NCBI GenBank assembly: GCA_041753435.1
Contig: JBGSUJ010000049.1
Location: 5,580-69,579, forward strand
DNA: 64,000 bases
Reading direction: 5' to 3'
Source of the DNA: Pirellulales bacterium
GTDB taxonomy: Bacteria > Planctomycetota > Planctomycetia > Pirellulales > Lacipirellulaceae
The notes under the pieces are model-generated. The model was not told the DNA's origin. It searched no databases and saw only the letters and a list, made by a program, of their open reading frames with translations. Below are positions 47,391 to 57,216 of the stretch, one piece after another (positions within the stretch are counted from its first letter, which is position 1; each line of letters starts with the position of its first letter). The position numbers were made by a program, and so were the translations under genes.

Positions 47391-48533
47391 ATGTCACAAC
47401 CTGCAAAACTCGCGCTCGAAGATGGCACCGTCTACACCGGCACCTCGATCGGCGCCGAAGGCGAAGTCGCTGGCGAAGTCTGCTTCAATACGTCGATGAC
47501 CGGCTACCAGGAGATCCTCACCGACCCGAGCTACCGTGGCCAGATCGTCACCATGACCTATCCGGAGATTGGCAACTACGGCATCAATGCCGAGGACGTC
47601 GAAAGCGGGCGGCCGCAATTGGCCGGCTTCGTCGTCCGCGAGCATAGTCGCGTACAGAGCAATTTTCGCTCCCAGCAAAGCCTGACCGACTACCTGCGGG
47701 CCTCGGGCATCGTCGCCATCGAATCGATCGACACGCGGGCGCTGGTGCGGCGCTTGCGCTCGTGCGGCGCGATGAAAGGTATTCTCTCGACGCAAGACCT
47801 CGACGACACGAGCCTGGTTGCCAAAGCCAAGGCTAGCCAAGGGCTGGTCGGCCGCGATCTCGTCCGCGAAGTGCTGCCCGATCAGCCGCACGATTGGCAA
47901 CAACCGCTTAGCGAGTGGACGCACTTAAGTAGCCGAGAACCGAGAGCCGAAGGCCGAGAGCCAAGCGCTCCCCACGTCGTCGCACTCGATTTCGGCATGA
48001 AGTGGAACATCCCCCGCCACCTCTTCGACATGGGCTGCCGCGTGACCATCCTGCCCGGCACCGCTTCGGCCGACGAAGTGCTCGCCGTCGAGCCGGACGG
48101 CGTGTTCCTCTCGAACGGCCCTGGCGACCCCGAGCCGCTCGACTACGCGATCCGCACAATTCGTGGCTTGTTGGGCAAGAAGCCGATCTTCGGCATCTGC
48201 CTCGGCCACCAGTTGCTCGGCCTGGCCTGCGGCGCGAAGACGTTCAAGCTCAAATTCGGACACCGGGGCGCGAATCACCCGGTGCAAGATCTCGAGTCCG
48301 GCGCGGTCGAAATCACGTCGCAGAATCACGGCTTCGCGGTCGAGGAAGAATCGCTGCCCGACTGCCTGCAGATCACCCACCGCAGCCTGAACGACGACAC
48401 GATCGAGGGGCTCAACCACCTCGAAGTGCCGGCCTTCAGCGTGCAGTATCACCCGGAAGCCTCGGCCGGCCCGCACGACAGCCACTACCTGTTCGGGCGC
48501 TTCCTCGACGCCCTGGAAGGCGCACGGCGCTAG
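47391..48533 (+). CDS. carA: carbamoyl-phosphate synthase small (glutaminase) subunit
   Basis: N-terminal FNTSMTGYQEILTDPSYRGQIV. GATase triad region PIFGICLGHQLL and VQYHPEA. Confidence 0.95.
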   Translation: MSQPAKLALEDGTVYTGTSIGAEGEVAGEVCFNTSMTGYQEILTDPSYRGQIVTMTYPEIGNYGINAEDVESGRPQLAGFVVREHSRVQSNFRSQQSLTDYLRASGIVAIESIDTRALVRRLRSCGAMKGILSTQDLDDTSLVAKAKASQGLVGRDLVREVLPDQPHDWQQPLSEWTHLSSREPRAEGREPSAPHVVALDFGMKWNIPRHLFDMGCRVTILPGTASADEVLAVEPDGVFLSNGPGDPEPLDYAIRTIRGLLGKKPIFGICLGHQLLGLACGAKTFKLKFGHRGANHPVQDLESGAVEITSQNHGFAVEEESLPDCLQITHRSLNDDTIEGLNHLEVPAFSVQYHPEASAGPHDSHYLFGRFLDALEGARR

Positions 48534-48886
48534 GTTCGACAGCCGCTCGTATCCCTACGCTACGGCAAATATGAAGCGATCACTCATTCAGCAGAATATG
48601 TACCAACATCAAATGCAACAGCCAAAAGCGTCACAATCTCCGGGTATTTTCAAGCTGCTAGCATGGGTGCCTCGACAATTCCAGGCTGAGACTGCTTGCG
48701 TCTGCAAAAAATGCCCAACGAATGCAGGCTCAAGAGTGTTGCATTGAGGTTTGACATGGCCGAACGAAAGTCATATTACTCCAGTTGCTCCAGAAACAAA
48801 TGTCTCATTACGTTTGAAACATTTCAGGCGGAATTCTAGACTACTCCTTGTAAGATAATTCTCAACCATATGTGGAGTCATCTGCT

Positions 48887-49981
48887 ATGTCAATATCGAA
48901 CATAGGCCCTGCTGTTTTGGTTAGGGCACTTCGGCACTGCGACATGAGTTGGGAGTGTAAGGCGCTTTGGCAGTCAATTCCAAGAAAAACGTTGGTGCGC
49001 GGCGCGTGGATTCGAATTGCGTTTGTTTTAGGGTTTGTTGCCTATCTGTCGCTTATGTTTGGCAGCGGCTGCTCGAATTGTTGTGCACATGAGTTTGATT
49101 CAAATCTCACGCTTGCCAGGCTGTGGATTCCCGAGTTGCCTGCGGCGGAAGAGCCGCTTCCTCCTGAAAAACTACAAGAGTTTGAACGGGCATGGACGCT
49201 GGCTGGAGCAGCCGCGCGCAAAGTCGTAGTTGCATGGGACCGCGCCATTAACGATGACCCGCTATTGGAACGAGCGTTACAGGGTTTTCGTCGCTCGCAG
49301 GATGAGTTGTCCCCGCAATACAACGCTGCCCGACAAGAACTTCGACAACAATACGGAAATAAAACGTTTCAAGAACAAGAGGCGAAGTACGCGCGTTGGC
49401 GAGAAGTACATCCGATGCCATGGCTGGATACCGCTGACGTGGACCTCGTAAGCCTTTGCATATGGTACATCAAGTTGTCGTCTTCCCATGAACCCTGGCC
49501 TCAGAAACCTATTGCAGTTCTCTTCTCTGAGAATGCTGTGCCTTTGACTCAAGCGCAGCGTGTCGAAGTTTTCAAAACGGCAGTGCAACAGATTCGAGAT
49601 CAATTCCTGGAAGAGCGACAAACGTTGGAAGCAAGTCTCACTACCATTCCCCGCATGCGCGAATACCTCGAAATACGTGACGAGTCGGATTCGGTCCAAA
49701 TTTTTTGCGAAACATATCTTCGCATGCAAATCCCGGGTTACGTCTTGTCGGCGGAGGATGAATTTTCGCAATTATTCCGCAAGGCACAGGAAATTCGGCC
49801 CGACCTCCTGGAAGCCGTCGCGAGAGCACACCCAGACGAATTTCCTCAGCCACCATTTTTCTTGCTGGAATGGTCGCCGCGGATGTGGGCGATTGCCTTG
49901 AATCTGGTATTGATTGTGATTCTTGGCATGGTTATTGCCGTTCGACTTTGGCGACGTCGGCCGCGTTTTTCTGGCGGATAA
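48887..49981 (+). CDS. hypothetical membrane protein in an AT-richer islet
   Basis: ATG 48887 (GTG 48872 is also possible). TM near IRIAFVLGFVAYLSLMF and C-terminal TM IALNLVLIVILGMVIAV. Codon usage looks AT-shifted versus neighbours. No family recognised. Confidence 0.6.
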   Translation: MSISNIGPAVLVRALRHCDMSWECKALWQSIPRKTLVRGAWIRIAFVLGFVAYLSLMFGSGCSNCCAHEFDSNLTLARLWIPELPAAEEPLPPEKLQEFERAWTLAGAAARKVVVAWDRAINDDPLLERALQGFRRSQDELSPQYNAARQELRQQYGNKTFQEQEAKYARWREVHPMPWLDTADVDLVSLCIWYIKLSSSHEPWPQKPIAVLFSENAVPLTQAQRVEVFKTAVQQIRDQFLEERQTLEASLTTIPRMREYLEIRDESDSVQIFCETYLRMQIPGYVLSAEDEFSQLFRKAQEIRPDLLEAVARAHPDEFPQPPFFLLEWSPRMWAIALNLVLIVILGMVIAVRLWRRRPRFSGG

Positions 49982-50080
49982 ATGCTTGAGTGAAGGATCA
50001 AGATAGAGTATTATCCTACCTGTACAACTAATGGGGCGTACTTAGGGACGACTCAAAAATTACTTCGGCGTTTCAGTTGG

Positions 50081-50905
50081 GTGAGAATTTGTAGTTGTAG
50101 GCGGAAAGGGCTTTGTCGCGTCGCGGTGGGAGCGGCCGGCGGCGCTGCCGTAGGCGCTGCTGCTGCCGGCCGAGCGCGGGCAGACGGCGGTCGGGCCGGT
50201 ACTGCGGGACAGAATTTGTCCCAGAACCGCCCCGGTCGAATTGAAAACGCGGGCGAGCGGCAGGGTGACCGCGATCAACGGCGCGACGAAGTCCGCGACC
50301 AGTTTGAGAACAACAACCCCGGCAATTTCTGGCAGGAGAATCCTGGTTGGACGGCCTGGGCCGTTACTCGACCGTTCGCATGGGCGGACTGGAATTCGGT
50401 CGGAAGTTGGTGCGGCTATGCCGGCGAGCCAACGTCCTACAACTACGGCGAGGACGTTTATTATTCGGACGATCAAGTCTACTCGGGCGACCAGCCTATT
50501 GCGACAGAGGAGGAATATGCCGACCAGGCTGCCACGATCGCCAGTAGCGCCCCGAACGAAACGCCTGCGGAGTCCGATTGGCTTCCTCTGGGCGTTTTTG
50601 CCCTTACGCAGGACGGTGAGGCCTCAGGCGCAGCCCCTTCACTTTACATGCAGCTTGCGATCAGCAAGCAAGGCATGATCAACGGCACGCTCAAGAACAC
50701 ACTTACAGGCAAGGTTCAGTCGCTGGAAGGGATGGCCGATCAGAAGAGCCAGCGAGTGGCTTGGGGCGTCGTCGATCAGGAGCGTCCTATCATGGAGACC
50801 GGGCTGTCGAACCTGACGAAAGACTCGTCCCCGGCGCTGATTCATTTTGCGGATGGCCAAACACAGCAGTGGCTCATGGTGCGAATCCCGGAACCGAAAC
50901 AGTAG
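50081..50905 (+). CDS. hypothetical exported protein
   Basis: Ala/Gly-rich hydrophobic N-terminus after CRRKGL. Charged RQGDRDQRRDEVRDQF segment. C-terminal half is coding-like (LPLGVFALTQDGE...LYMQLAISKQGMINGTLKN). Confidence 0.55.
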   Translation: MRICSCRRKGLCRVAVGAAGGAAVGAAAAGRARADGGRAGTAGQNLSQNRPGRIENAGERQGDRDQRRDEVRDQFENNNPGNFWQENPGWTAWAVTRPFAWADWNSVGSWCGYAGEPTSYNYGEDVYYSDDQVYSGDQPIATEEEYADQAATIASSAPNETPAESDWLPLGVFALTQDGEASGAAPSLYMQLAISKQGMINGTLKNTLTGKVQSLEGMADQKSQRVAWGVVDQERPIMETGLSNLTKDSSPALIHFADGQTQQWLMVRIPEPKQ

Positions 50906-51325
50906 GGATAGAACTCGTCAATTGAGCAAAATTGCTGGACCTTTCCCTTGAATGTCGATCGGACGGATATCGGCCACCGTAAGGGGCGAAGGTCAGGCCT
51001 CGTCGGCCCGGTGTCTGGCGAGGCCGTGGAGTGCCCAAGACTCATCTTCGGGGCAAGCATACACTCAGCTTTCGCTCTGACCGCAAGATACGCCAATTGT
51101 ACGGTCCCGCGATATGCCACAAGATTAGGCGAGTTGGCGCAAACCGCCGCCTATCGCGTCGAATTTGGCGTTGAAGCGCCAACCTCTGGCAGCTCGGATG
51201 CAACGTGCTGTTGGGTTAGTAAACAACCGATTCAGCACGTTCCATGCGTCGCTGGTCGCTGTAGCCGCGTCACGGCGTAGTTCGCCTTCCGCTTCCTCCA
51301 CCGATTTGCAAATCGCCGGAGTGCG

Positions 51326-52474
51326 CTAATATTCTGAATCCGACGGCTGCGGCAGCTTGCGATCTTCGACGCTGCCGATCACCAGCGACGAACGTTTGGA
51401 GTTCGATGTCATGATCTGAGCATAGACTCGTGGGTCGATGTTTTCAGCCAGAAACTCGACCTGGCCACCGCAAAAGGCGGCGTTCACACCGTTGGGGTGG
51501 TTACTCGACGGGTAGCCGTAGCTTTCGTAGAGGGCTGGATTGCCGGAGCCGGTGACGGCAAACTCTGCCATGTTGCCCGGCGGAGGATTCTCGTCAAAAT
51601 TGGGGTCGCCGTTGATGCGGTCGATGGGGCCTGGATTGGATTTCCAGATGAAGCCGAAGATATGCGGGGCATCGCGGATAGGAGAAGTGTCTTTGACGAT
51701 CCCGCCACTGCTGGAATAGCCGGGCTCGAAGTCGGGAGTACTTCCGTCACCGTCGTAGGCATAGAACCAAGGCGCAACGTTTTCGGAGAGCATGATCGTC
51801 TTGCTGGTGCCGTCGCCGGAGGAAATGTAATTCATCGAGGTACGAATTTCTGGATTGCCTTCGCGGCCGTCCTGAGCGGAGGTGCTGCTCAACATGTCGA
51901 TATTCCGACTATTGTCGAAGAACACGCCGTCAGCGACGTTTTCGCGGTTTTGATTCGGAGAGACTTTATCCGACAAAGCCTGGCCAGCATTTCCCACATA
52001 GTTCAGCCAAGGTTCGGTGAGGGTATCGGGAGAGTCACTAGGACAGGTCAGGAATTCGATCGCTGGGAAAAAGCCGCGGGCAGCGGGGTCACTGGGCTGC
52101 AAAGTAAAGTTTCTGGTCCACAGATCCCAGACGGCGTTTTGTTCCATGTAAGGGAATGCCAGGACGACCCAACTTGCACGACGGCCACTCACCCGTCCGC
52201 CATTGGAACCCAGGGGCGACGAGGGATCGGAAACTTCGTTAATATAACCGGGCAGCTTCTTCTGCGTGGTATCCATCAGCGTGAGCGCGGTCATGAGCTG
52301 CTTAAGATTGTTGCGACAGGTATTGCCGCGGGCGGTCTCGCGGGCCGCCTGCACGGCCGGCAGGAGCAGTGCAACCAACGTGCCGATGATCGCAATCACG
52401 ACCAACAACTCGACCAGTGTAAAACCCCGAACGCAATGACCTCGATCCCGCGAACACTTGACGCAGCGCCTCAT
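51326..52474 (-). CDS. DUF1559 / prepilin-type N-terminal cleavage-methylation domain protein (H-X9-DG family)
   Basis: RGFTLVELLVVIAIIGTLVALLLPAVQAARETARGNTCRNNLKQL is the planctomycete DUF1559 signature. C-terminal NHPNGVNAAFCGGQVEFL. Start at ATG 52474. Confidence 0.9.
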   Translation of the reverse strand: MRRCVKCSRDRGHCVRGFTLVELLVVIAIIGTLVALLLPAVQAARETARGNTCRNNLKQLMTALTLMDTTQKKLPGYINEVSDPSSPLGSNGGRVSGRRASWVVLAFPYMEQNAVWDLWTRNFTLQPSDPAARGFFPAIEFLTCPSDSPDTLTEPWLNYVGNAGQALSDKVSPNQNRENVADGVFFDNSRNIDMLSSTSAQDGREGNPEIRTSMNYISSGDGTSKTIMLSENVAPWFYAYDGDGSTPDFEPGYSSSGGIVKDTSPIRDAPHIFGFIWKSNPGPIDRINGDPNFDENPPPGNMAEFAVTGSGNPALYESYGYPSSNHPNGVNAAFCGGQVEFLAENIDPRVYAQIMTSNSKRSSLVIGSVEDRKLPQPSDSEY

Positions 52475-52786
52475 AACATCATCCCTTCTCGAATTTCGAA
52501 GAATCGCGCCGAATGCCTCTGTTCCAATTTTTTCCCGCAGCAACGGAAAATCCGTATGCTGCAGTCGGCGGATCAAACGTCGGACTTTAATTGTCTGACC
52601 GATGCGTTCGTCGTGCTCAGGTTCGAATGCCTGGCATGCGACGAGTGGTCTACACCTATTGTTTCAAAATGGCAGTGATTTGTCCAGGAAACGTTCGACT
52701 GGAGCGATTTGGCCGCGATTCGTGGCCGCTGCTGCCGCCCGAACGGTTCGGCCACCGTCCAGCCGTTGAATCCCCTCTGCCAGCGA

Positions 52787-53149
52787 TCAGGGACGTAATC
52801 GGACAAGCACCAGGAGCGTGATCGCCAGCAATGTCATGCAAATTACTGCCAAAGCCAGGTGCAGCCGACGGCGTATGCGGGCTTTTTCCTGGGGTGATAG
52901 GCGGCGGAGAGGAGTTGGCTCGCCACGGAAGTTGGAAACGGTTTCGGCGGGTTCCGCCAAGCAGTTGGGGGAAGATGGGGCGAAATCACGCGTCGCGAGC
53001 GACGTGGTTAAGTCGAGTGGGGAGGCGGGAACCGTTACCTGCCGTGCGCAGTGGGGACAGGCCATCACTCGGCTCTCAGTCGCCGCAGTGGCTTGGATGC
53101 GGCCCGTGCAAAAAGGGCATGCCAATTCGAGCTGGTCCATGACGATCAC
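52787..53149 (-). CDS. zinc-ribbon protein with C-terminal TM anchor
   Basis: CPFC...17 aa...CPHC zinc-ribbon pattern. C-terminal LALAVICMTLLAITLLVLV. Confidence 0.55.
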   Translation of the reverse strand: MIVMDQLELACPFCTGRIQATAATESRVMACPHCARQVTVPASPLDLTTSLATRDFAPSSPNCLAEPAETVSNFRGEPTPLRRLSPQEKARIRRRLHLALAVICMTLLAITLLVLVRLRP

Positions 53150-53274
53150 CCCAAGTGTTTGTGAGTCGGAGAGAAGGTGAGTAAGTTAATGGAGGAGTCG
53201 GAGGCCACCGGCGATTCTTGCTCGCATCTTAGCCGGCCCACCGTTCGCTACCATTTTCCTCGAAAGTCTCCCGT

Positions 53275-53820
53275 TTGGCCAAGCGTAAACCAGTTCGTCG
53301 CAAATCTGCTGAGGTCGATGGTGTCGGCGTGCGCCGATCTTCGGATGGGCGCGGCTGGGTGCTGGTGCATCCACGTGGCGTACGAGAACGGGCAGAAGAC
53401 CTGGAAGAAGTGCGGGCGATGATCGAGACTGATGAAGTGGACGTGGCGCTCGATGAGTTGCGGTGGCTGGTGAGCGGGTGTAGCGAGTTTATCGAGGCCC
53501 ATGTATTGCTGGGCGAGTTGGCGCTGCTAGAGGGCGACTTCGCATTGGCGCGCGGGCATTTTGGCTTTGCAGTGCAGTTGGGGCTGAAGGCGCTGGCCAA
53601 GGCAAAGGTCAGCGGGCCGGTGCCCTACTCGCAGAGAGCGAATCGATCGTTCTACGAAGCTGGTCGCGGCCTGATCACATCGCTGGTCAAGCTGGGGATG
53701 ACGGCCAAAGCGGTCGAAGTGGTGCGCGACTTGGTGCGGCTCGACCCAAGCGACCCGCTCGGGTTGCGCGAGCTGCCGGATGAACTACAGTCGGGTGGAC
53801 TGCCGATTGTGGAGCTGTAG
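53275..53820 (+). CDS. hypothetical helical (TPR-like) protein
   Basis: TTG start. Basic N-terminus MAKRKPVRRK. Helical-repeat-like AHVLLGELALLEGDFALARGHFGFAVQLG. Confidence 0.6.
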   Translation: MAKRKPVRRKSAEVDGVGVRRSSDGRGWVLVHPRGVRERAEDLEEVRAMIETDEVDVALDELRWLVSGCSEFIEAHVLLGELALLEGDFALARGHFGFAVQLGLKALAKAKVSGPVPYSQRANRSFYEAGRGLITSLVKLGMTAKAVEVVRDLVRLDPSDPLGLRELPDELQSGGLPIVEL

Positions 53821-53897
53821 GTGGGAAATGTGTTTTGCTGAGGTAGACGTCGTGGCCAACGCCACTAACAGGCACGACCTTGCAGCACGGCAATGAA

Positions 53898-54752
53898 TTA
53901 ACTGCGCGAGCCGCTGGAGAGGAACAAATCGCCCAGGCCCCATCTGCTGCAGCTGTTCGCTTCAGCTGCTTGTAAACGGCGCAGTGCCGCTTTGCGGAGC
54001 GAGTCGTCGCCTTCAGGGTAGAGTTCGATGACAGTCGTCACCTGGCCGAAGACGGCGGGCTGGTCCATCCACCAGCGGGGTCGGTGGCCGCGGGCGGTAG
54101 CGGAGATGCGGACACCACCGCCCTGCCAATCGACCGGCACTGCGAAAGTGACCACAAGCTCGTGCATACCTTCGAAGGCAGTTTGCGACGACGGCTTCAA
54201 CTTGAAAAATACGCCCTGGCCTTGGGCGAAAGTTCCGCTGACAACGACGGGCTTCTTGGGCGGGATGCGCTGGACTTTTTCGATGGCTTCGTTGGCATTG
54301 GTCATGCCAGCCGAAAGGGAAGGCCCGACATCGGCGGTGAGCGCTCCGACCGGCACAGGCAGCTTGCCGCTGAGCGTCGCCCCGAGTGAGCGTTCTTTGA
54401 AGTTCTTCGTGATGGTTTCCACAGCTTCTGCATCGGCTGCAAGGACCGTGGTGGGCGAGAAGCTATCCACGCGAATGCCGGCGGCGGTGCCGTCAATTTC
54501 GAAGTCGAGGTGTTCGATCTCGCCGCCGGCGAGTCCTTGAAAGCGGACCGAGACGGAGAGCCGCAATTCAATGAGCCGTTCGTGTGGTGCGCGTGCCAGG
54601 CGTTCGTGCGGTGTCACGTCGCGATATTCGATGAGTCGCGCGAAATCGAAGTTGACATCTTGCGCCAGCGCAAGCGTGGTGAAGTTAGCGGCGGCAATGA
54701 GCAATAGGCAGCGTAGCGCCGATCGTTGTCGCTTTGAGTAATGCTTGTTCAT
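53898..54752 (-). CDS. secreted hypothetical protein
   Basis: ATG 54752 with a GGAGGAAG SD. Signal peptide LRCLLLIAAANFTTLALAQ. Confidence 0.65.
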   Translation of the reverse strand: MNKHYSKRQRSALRCLLLIAAANFTTLALAQDVNFDFARLIEYRDVTPHERLARAPHERLIELRLSVSVRFQGLAGGEIEHLDFEIDGTAAGIRVDSFSPTTVLAADAEAVETITKNFKERSLGATLSGKLPVPVGALTADVGPSLSAGMTNANEAIEKVQRIPPKKPVVVSGTFAQGQGVFFKLKPSSQTAFEGMHELVVTFAVPVDWQGGGVRISATARGHRPRWWMDQPAVFGQVTTVIELYPEGDDSLRKAALRRLQAAEANSCSRWGLGDLFLSSGSRS

Positions 54753-55055
54753 GGGAACTTCCTCCGTGGAGAGAGTGACAGTTGCCATCCGTGTTAAGCT
54801 CGGTGGGCGCGCGAACAATGGCCCGGGGCGACGCGCTAGCAAATCCCAAGTTCGAGCGTCCCAAAGGCGCCGCCCCGGGTAGTTTTAGTTACGCACCCTG
54901 AACACGACGGGTTTAGCTGGCAACGCGATTGTGCGCGTGCTGGCACTGCTGCGACGAGATGGTGCGCCGGAAAATTATGATGGCAGGAAAGACGCACGAA
55001 GGCACGAACGCTGTTGCAGTGTCGTGGCCGACACCGCCCAAGGCAACTGGTTGTA

Positions 55056-56033
55056 CTAGCGTTGCAGGTCGTTGTATTTGGAGGCGATGCTGATGCTCAT
55101 CTTGCCGGTGCCGATTATCTGGTAAGTTGCGGAAAGACTGCCGCGTGTTTCGGACATGCCGATTGGGCCAGAGAGGTCAGCAGCGACGGCACGGCAAGTG
55201 TCGATTTCGATCGTCAGTGGGCCTTCGACATTCAGTCGCATTTGCGAGGAATCGATTGACGCGGCTTCGATGCTAGCAAAAAACACGGCACACGAACGAC
55301 CATTACTCTGCGCAATGCGTTCGAGCGTGAGTTCGAAGCGAGAGACCTGGCCCATTTCGTCACCCAAGCCAAGCAGCTTTTCGGCGACTTCGTTTGGCAC
55401 CGCAAGCCGCTGGCCGACGGCGAGCGTTTGACCGACGAGATAATCGGCAAGCGGATTGGGGCGGCCGAGGGATTCCATGTTGCGTGTGACGATTTCGTAC
55501 TCATCAAGTGGCGGGACGCCGCCTTGCTCGTCGGTTATCAGAAGCGCGTCGCCAGCGCGGGTACAACGATACGATTTGCCCTCGACCGACTGGGGGGTGG
55601 GCGGTGCGACTTCGAGTTCGTCGGCATTGGGGCCATTGGCAACGCGTTTGGCAGCTTCGGCATAGCGGACGAAGACGGTGTCGGTTGTTCCACCTGTCAC
55701 ATGCGCGGTGGTGACCACGCGGCGTTGTTGGCGGCGGAGCGCGGTCTTGGTTTGTTCGAGCACTTCCTGGTTCTGCCGGACCATCGTGTCGAGCTTGAGT
55801 GTGACCGAGAGGCTTTGCTCCAGTTGGTCGCCGACCAGCGGCGCGCGGCGACTGAAGCGAACTACTTGGCCGGTGGGTGCCACTGTAGCCATGCGTTCAT
55901 AGGACGTTGGTTGCTCGTCCATTGGAACGATTGATTGCGCTGAACACTCGTAACTGAATGTCAGCGCCATCAGCGACGCAAATTGACAGGCTAGGCAAAT
56001 GAAGGTGCCAATCCCGAGATGATTGCGAGGCAT
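55056..56033 (-). CDS. secreted hypothetical protein
   Basis: ATG 56033 gives MPRNHLGIGTFICLACQFASLMALTFSYECSAQ. An alternative GTG at 56114 overlaps the upstream stop (GTGA). Confidence 0.65.
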   Translation of the reverse strand: MPRNHLGIGTFICLACQFASLMALTFSYECSAQSIVPMDEQPTSYERMATVAPTGQVVRFSRRAPLVGDQLEQSLSVTLKLDTMVRQNQEVLEQTKTALRRQQRRVVTTAHVTGGTTDTVFVRYAEAAKRVANGPNADELEVAPPTPQSVEGKSYRCTRAGDALLITDEQGGVPPLDEYEIVTRNMESLGRPNPLADYLVGQTLAVGQRLAVPNEVAEKLLGLGDEMGQVSRFELTLERIAQSNGRSCAVFFASIEAASIDSSQMRLNVEGPLTIEIDTCRAVAADLSGPIGMSETRGSLSATYQIIGTGKMSISIASKYNDLQR

Positions 56034-56110
56034 GGTTGGAAGTCTCCGGCGGCGCGGCGGAAATTTGGGCCTCGTATCATGCGGACCGCTGGAAGTGGGG
56101 TCAAGGTCGA

Positions 56111-57028
56111 TCACTCGCTAGCAAACAGCATACGTTCCAAGGCCGCCAGCGCTACATGCCAGGGAGTTTCGCCTTCCTGGTAGGTCTCCCACCAAGTGAT
56201 GAGTGTTTCGGCCGTGGCAGTCGTGGCAGCAGCGGCATCGATTCGCCAGGCATGGAGGGCCTGGGCGACGGACTCCGTGGTGAAGCTGGTCAGCTCCACG
56301 TATTCGGCGGCCGAAAGCAATGCCGGTACCAGCGCTAATTGGCCGGTATATTCGCGATGGGCTGGCGAGACGTGGTCGGCGAACCTTGGCAGGTCGAGAT
56401 TCAGTTGTGCCAGCAGCCAGGCGAGTCGCACCACTTCGGGTAGGTCAGCGCTGGGATTCGTCAGGACGGCTTCGAATGAAATGGCGTTGACTGCTTGGTG
56501 GGCGAGCCCGTTTCCACCAACCAGCGGATAGACCAACACGATGCAGGCATTCTCGACGAGCAAACTCTTTTCGGCCGTTCGGCCGAGTTGCAACAACAGG
56601 CCCGGACCGCGGGCTTCCCATTGTGCGACCAACGGGCGGCCACGGAGCAGAAGTTCGTCGACCAGGTTGGGTGCGTCGACGGTAGTGGTCGTGCGGTAAG
56701 CGTTGTAAAATGCGGCCTTCAAACCTCCGATCAGGCTGCCAAGTCGCCCGATGAGTGCGTCGACTGGCGTATTGCGACCGATGAGCTTGCCCAGTGCTTG
56801 TGAGACAAGTTGACGATTGTCTTCGACGCCGCTGGCGGAAATCTTGGTGAGCGTAGTGAGAAATCTGTTGGTGGAAACGCCTGCGATTGCGAGCTCTGTT
56901 AGCAGGTGCGCAACTGCGGGAGCGAAGGCTTCTGCCAGCCGCGAATCGGCAACAGTTCTTCCCTCAGCCAGGCAGAGGGCGGCGTAGAGCGCGCTGGTGG
57001 ATTCGCTGGCTTTCCAGATAAGTTGCAT
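56111..57028 (-). CDS. hypothetical cytoplasmic helical protein
   Basis: 305-aa ORF with coding-like composition. No signal peptide and no recognisable motif. Confidence 0.6.
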   Translation of the reverse strand: MQLIWKASESTSALYAALCLAEGRTVADSRLAEAFAPAVAHLLTELAIAGVSTNRFLTTLTKISASGVEDNRQLVSQALGKLIGRNTPVDALIGRLGSLIGGLKAAFYNAYRTTTTVDAPNLVDELLLRGRPLVAQWEARGPGLLLQLGRTAEKSLLVENACIVLVYPLVGGNGLAHQAVNAISFEAVLTNPSADLPEVVRLAWLLAQLNLDLPRFADHVSPAHREYTGQLALVPALLSAAEYVELTSFTTESVAQALHAWRIDAAAATTATAETLITWWETYQEGETPWHVALAALERMLFASE

Positions 57029-57216
57029 CGCGTGTGCCCGATGATCCGAAGTTGTTTGTAGCTAGCATGGGTGGGGTGGATTGACTTTGGCAAGAGCGGT
57101 TTTTGGCAGCAATCCGCCCTGGCTCGCCTAGCGATCGGTTGGTATAGTCCGCCGCCCAATTTTTAGCGATGTTTTGTCCCTTGCTAGCTTGCGAGATGCT
57201 GCGAATGAGCCACACT

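Noticed and set aside
50906-51325. 58-aa minus-strand ORF (51125..51301, GTG start) in the 420-bp convergent spacer
   Set aside because: It has a helical, plausible-looking sequence, but no SD, a non-ATG start and no recognisable family. The evidence is insufficient to call it.
51497-52678. 393-aa plus-strand ORF
   Set aside because: It is antisense to the DUF1559 gene, whose prepilin-type N-terminus is diagnostic. A shadow ORF.
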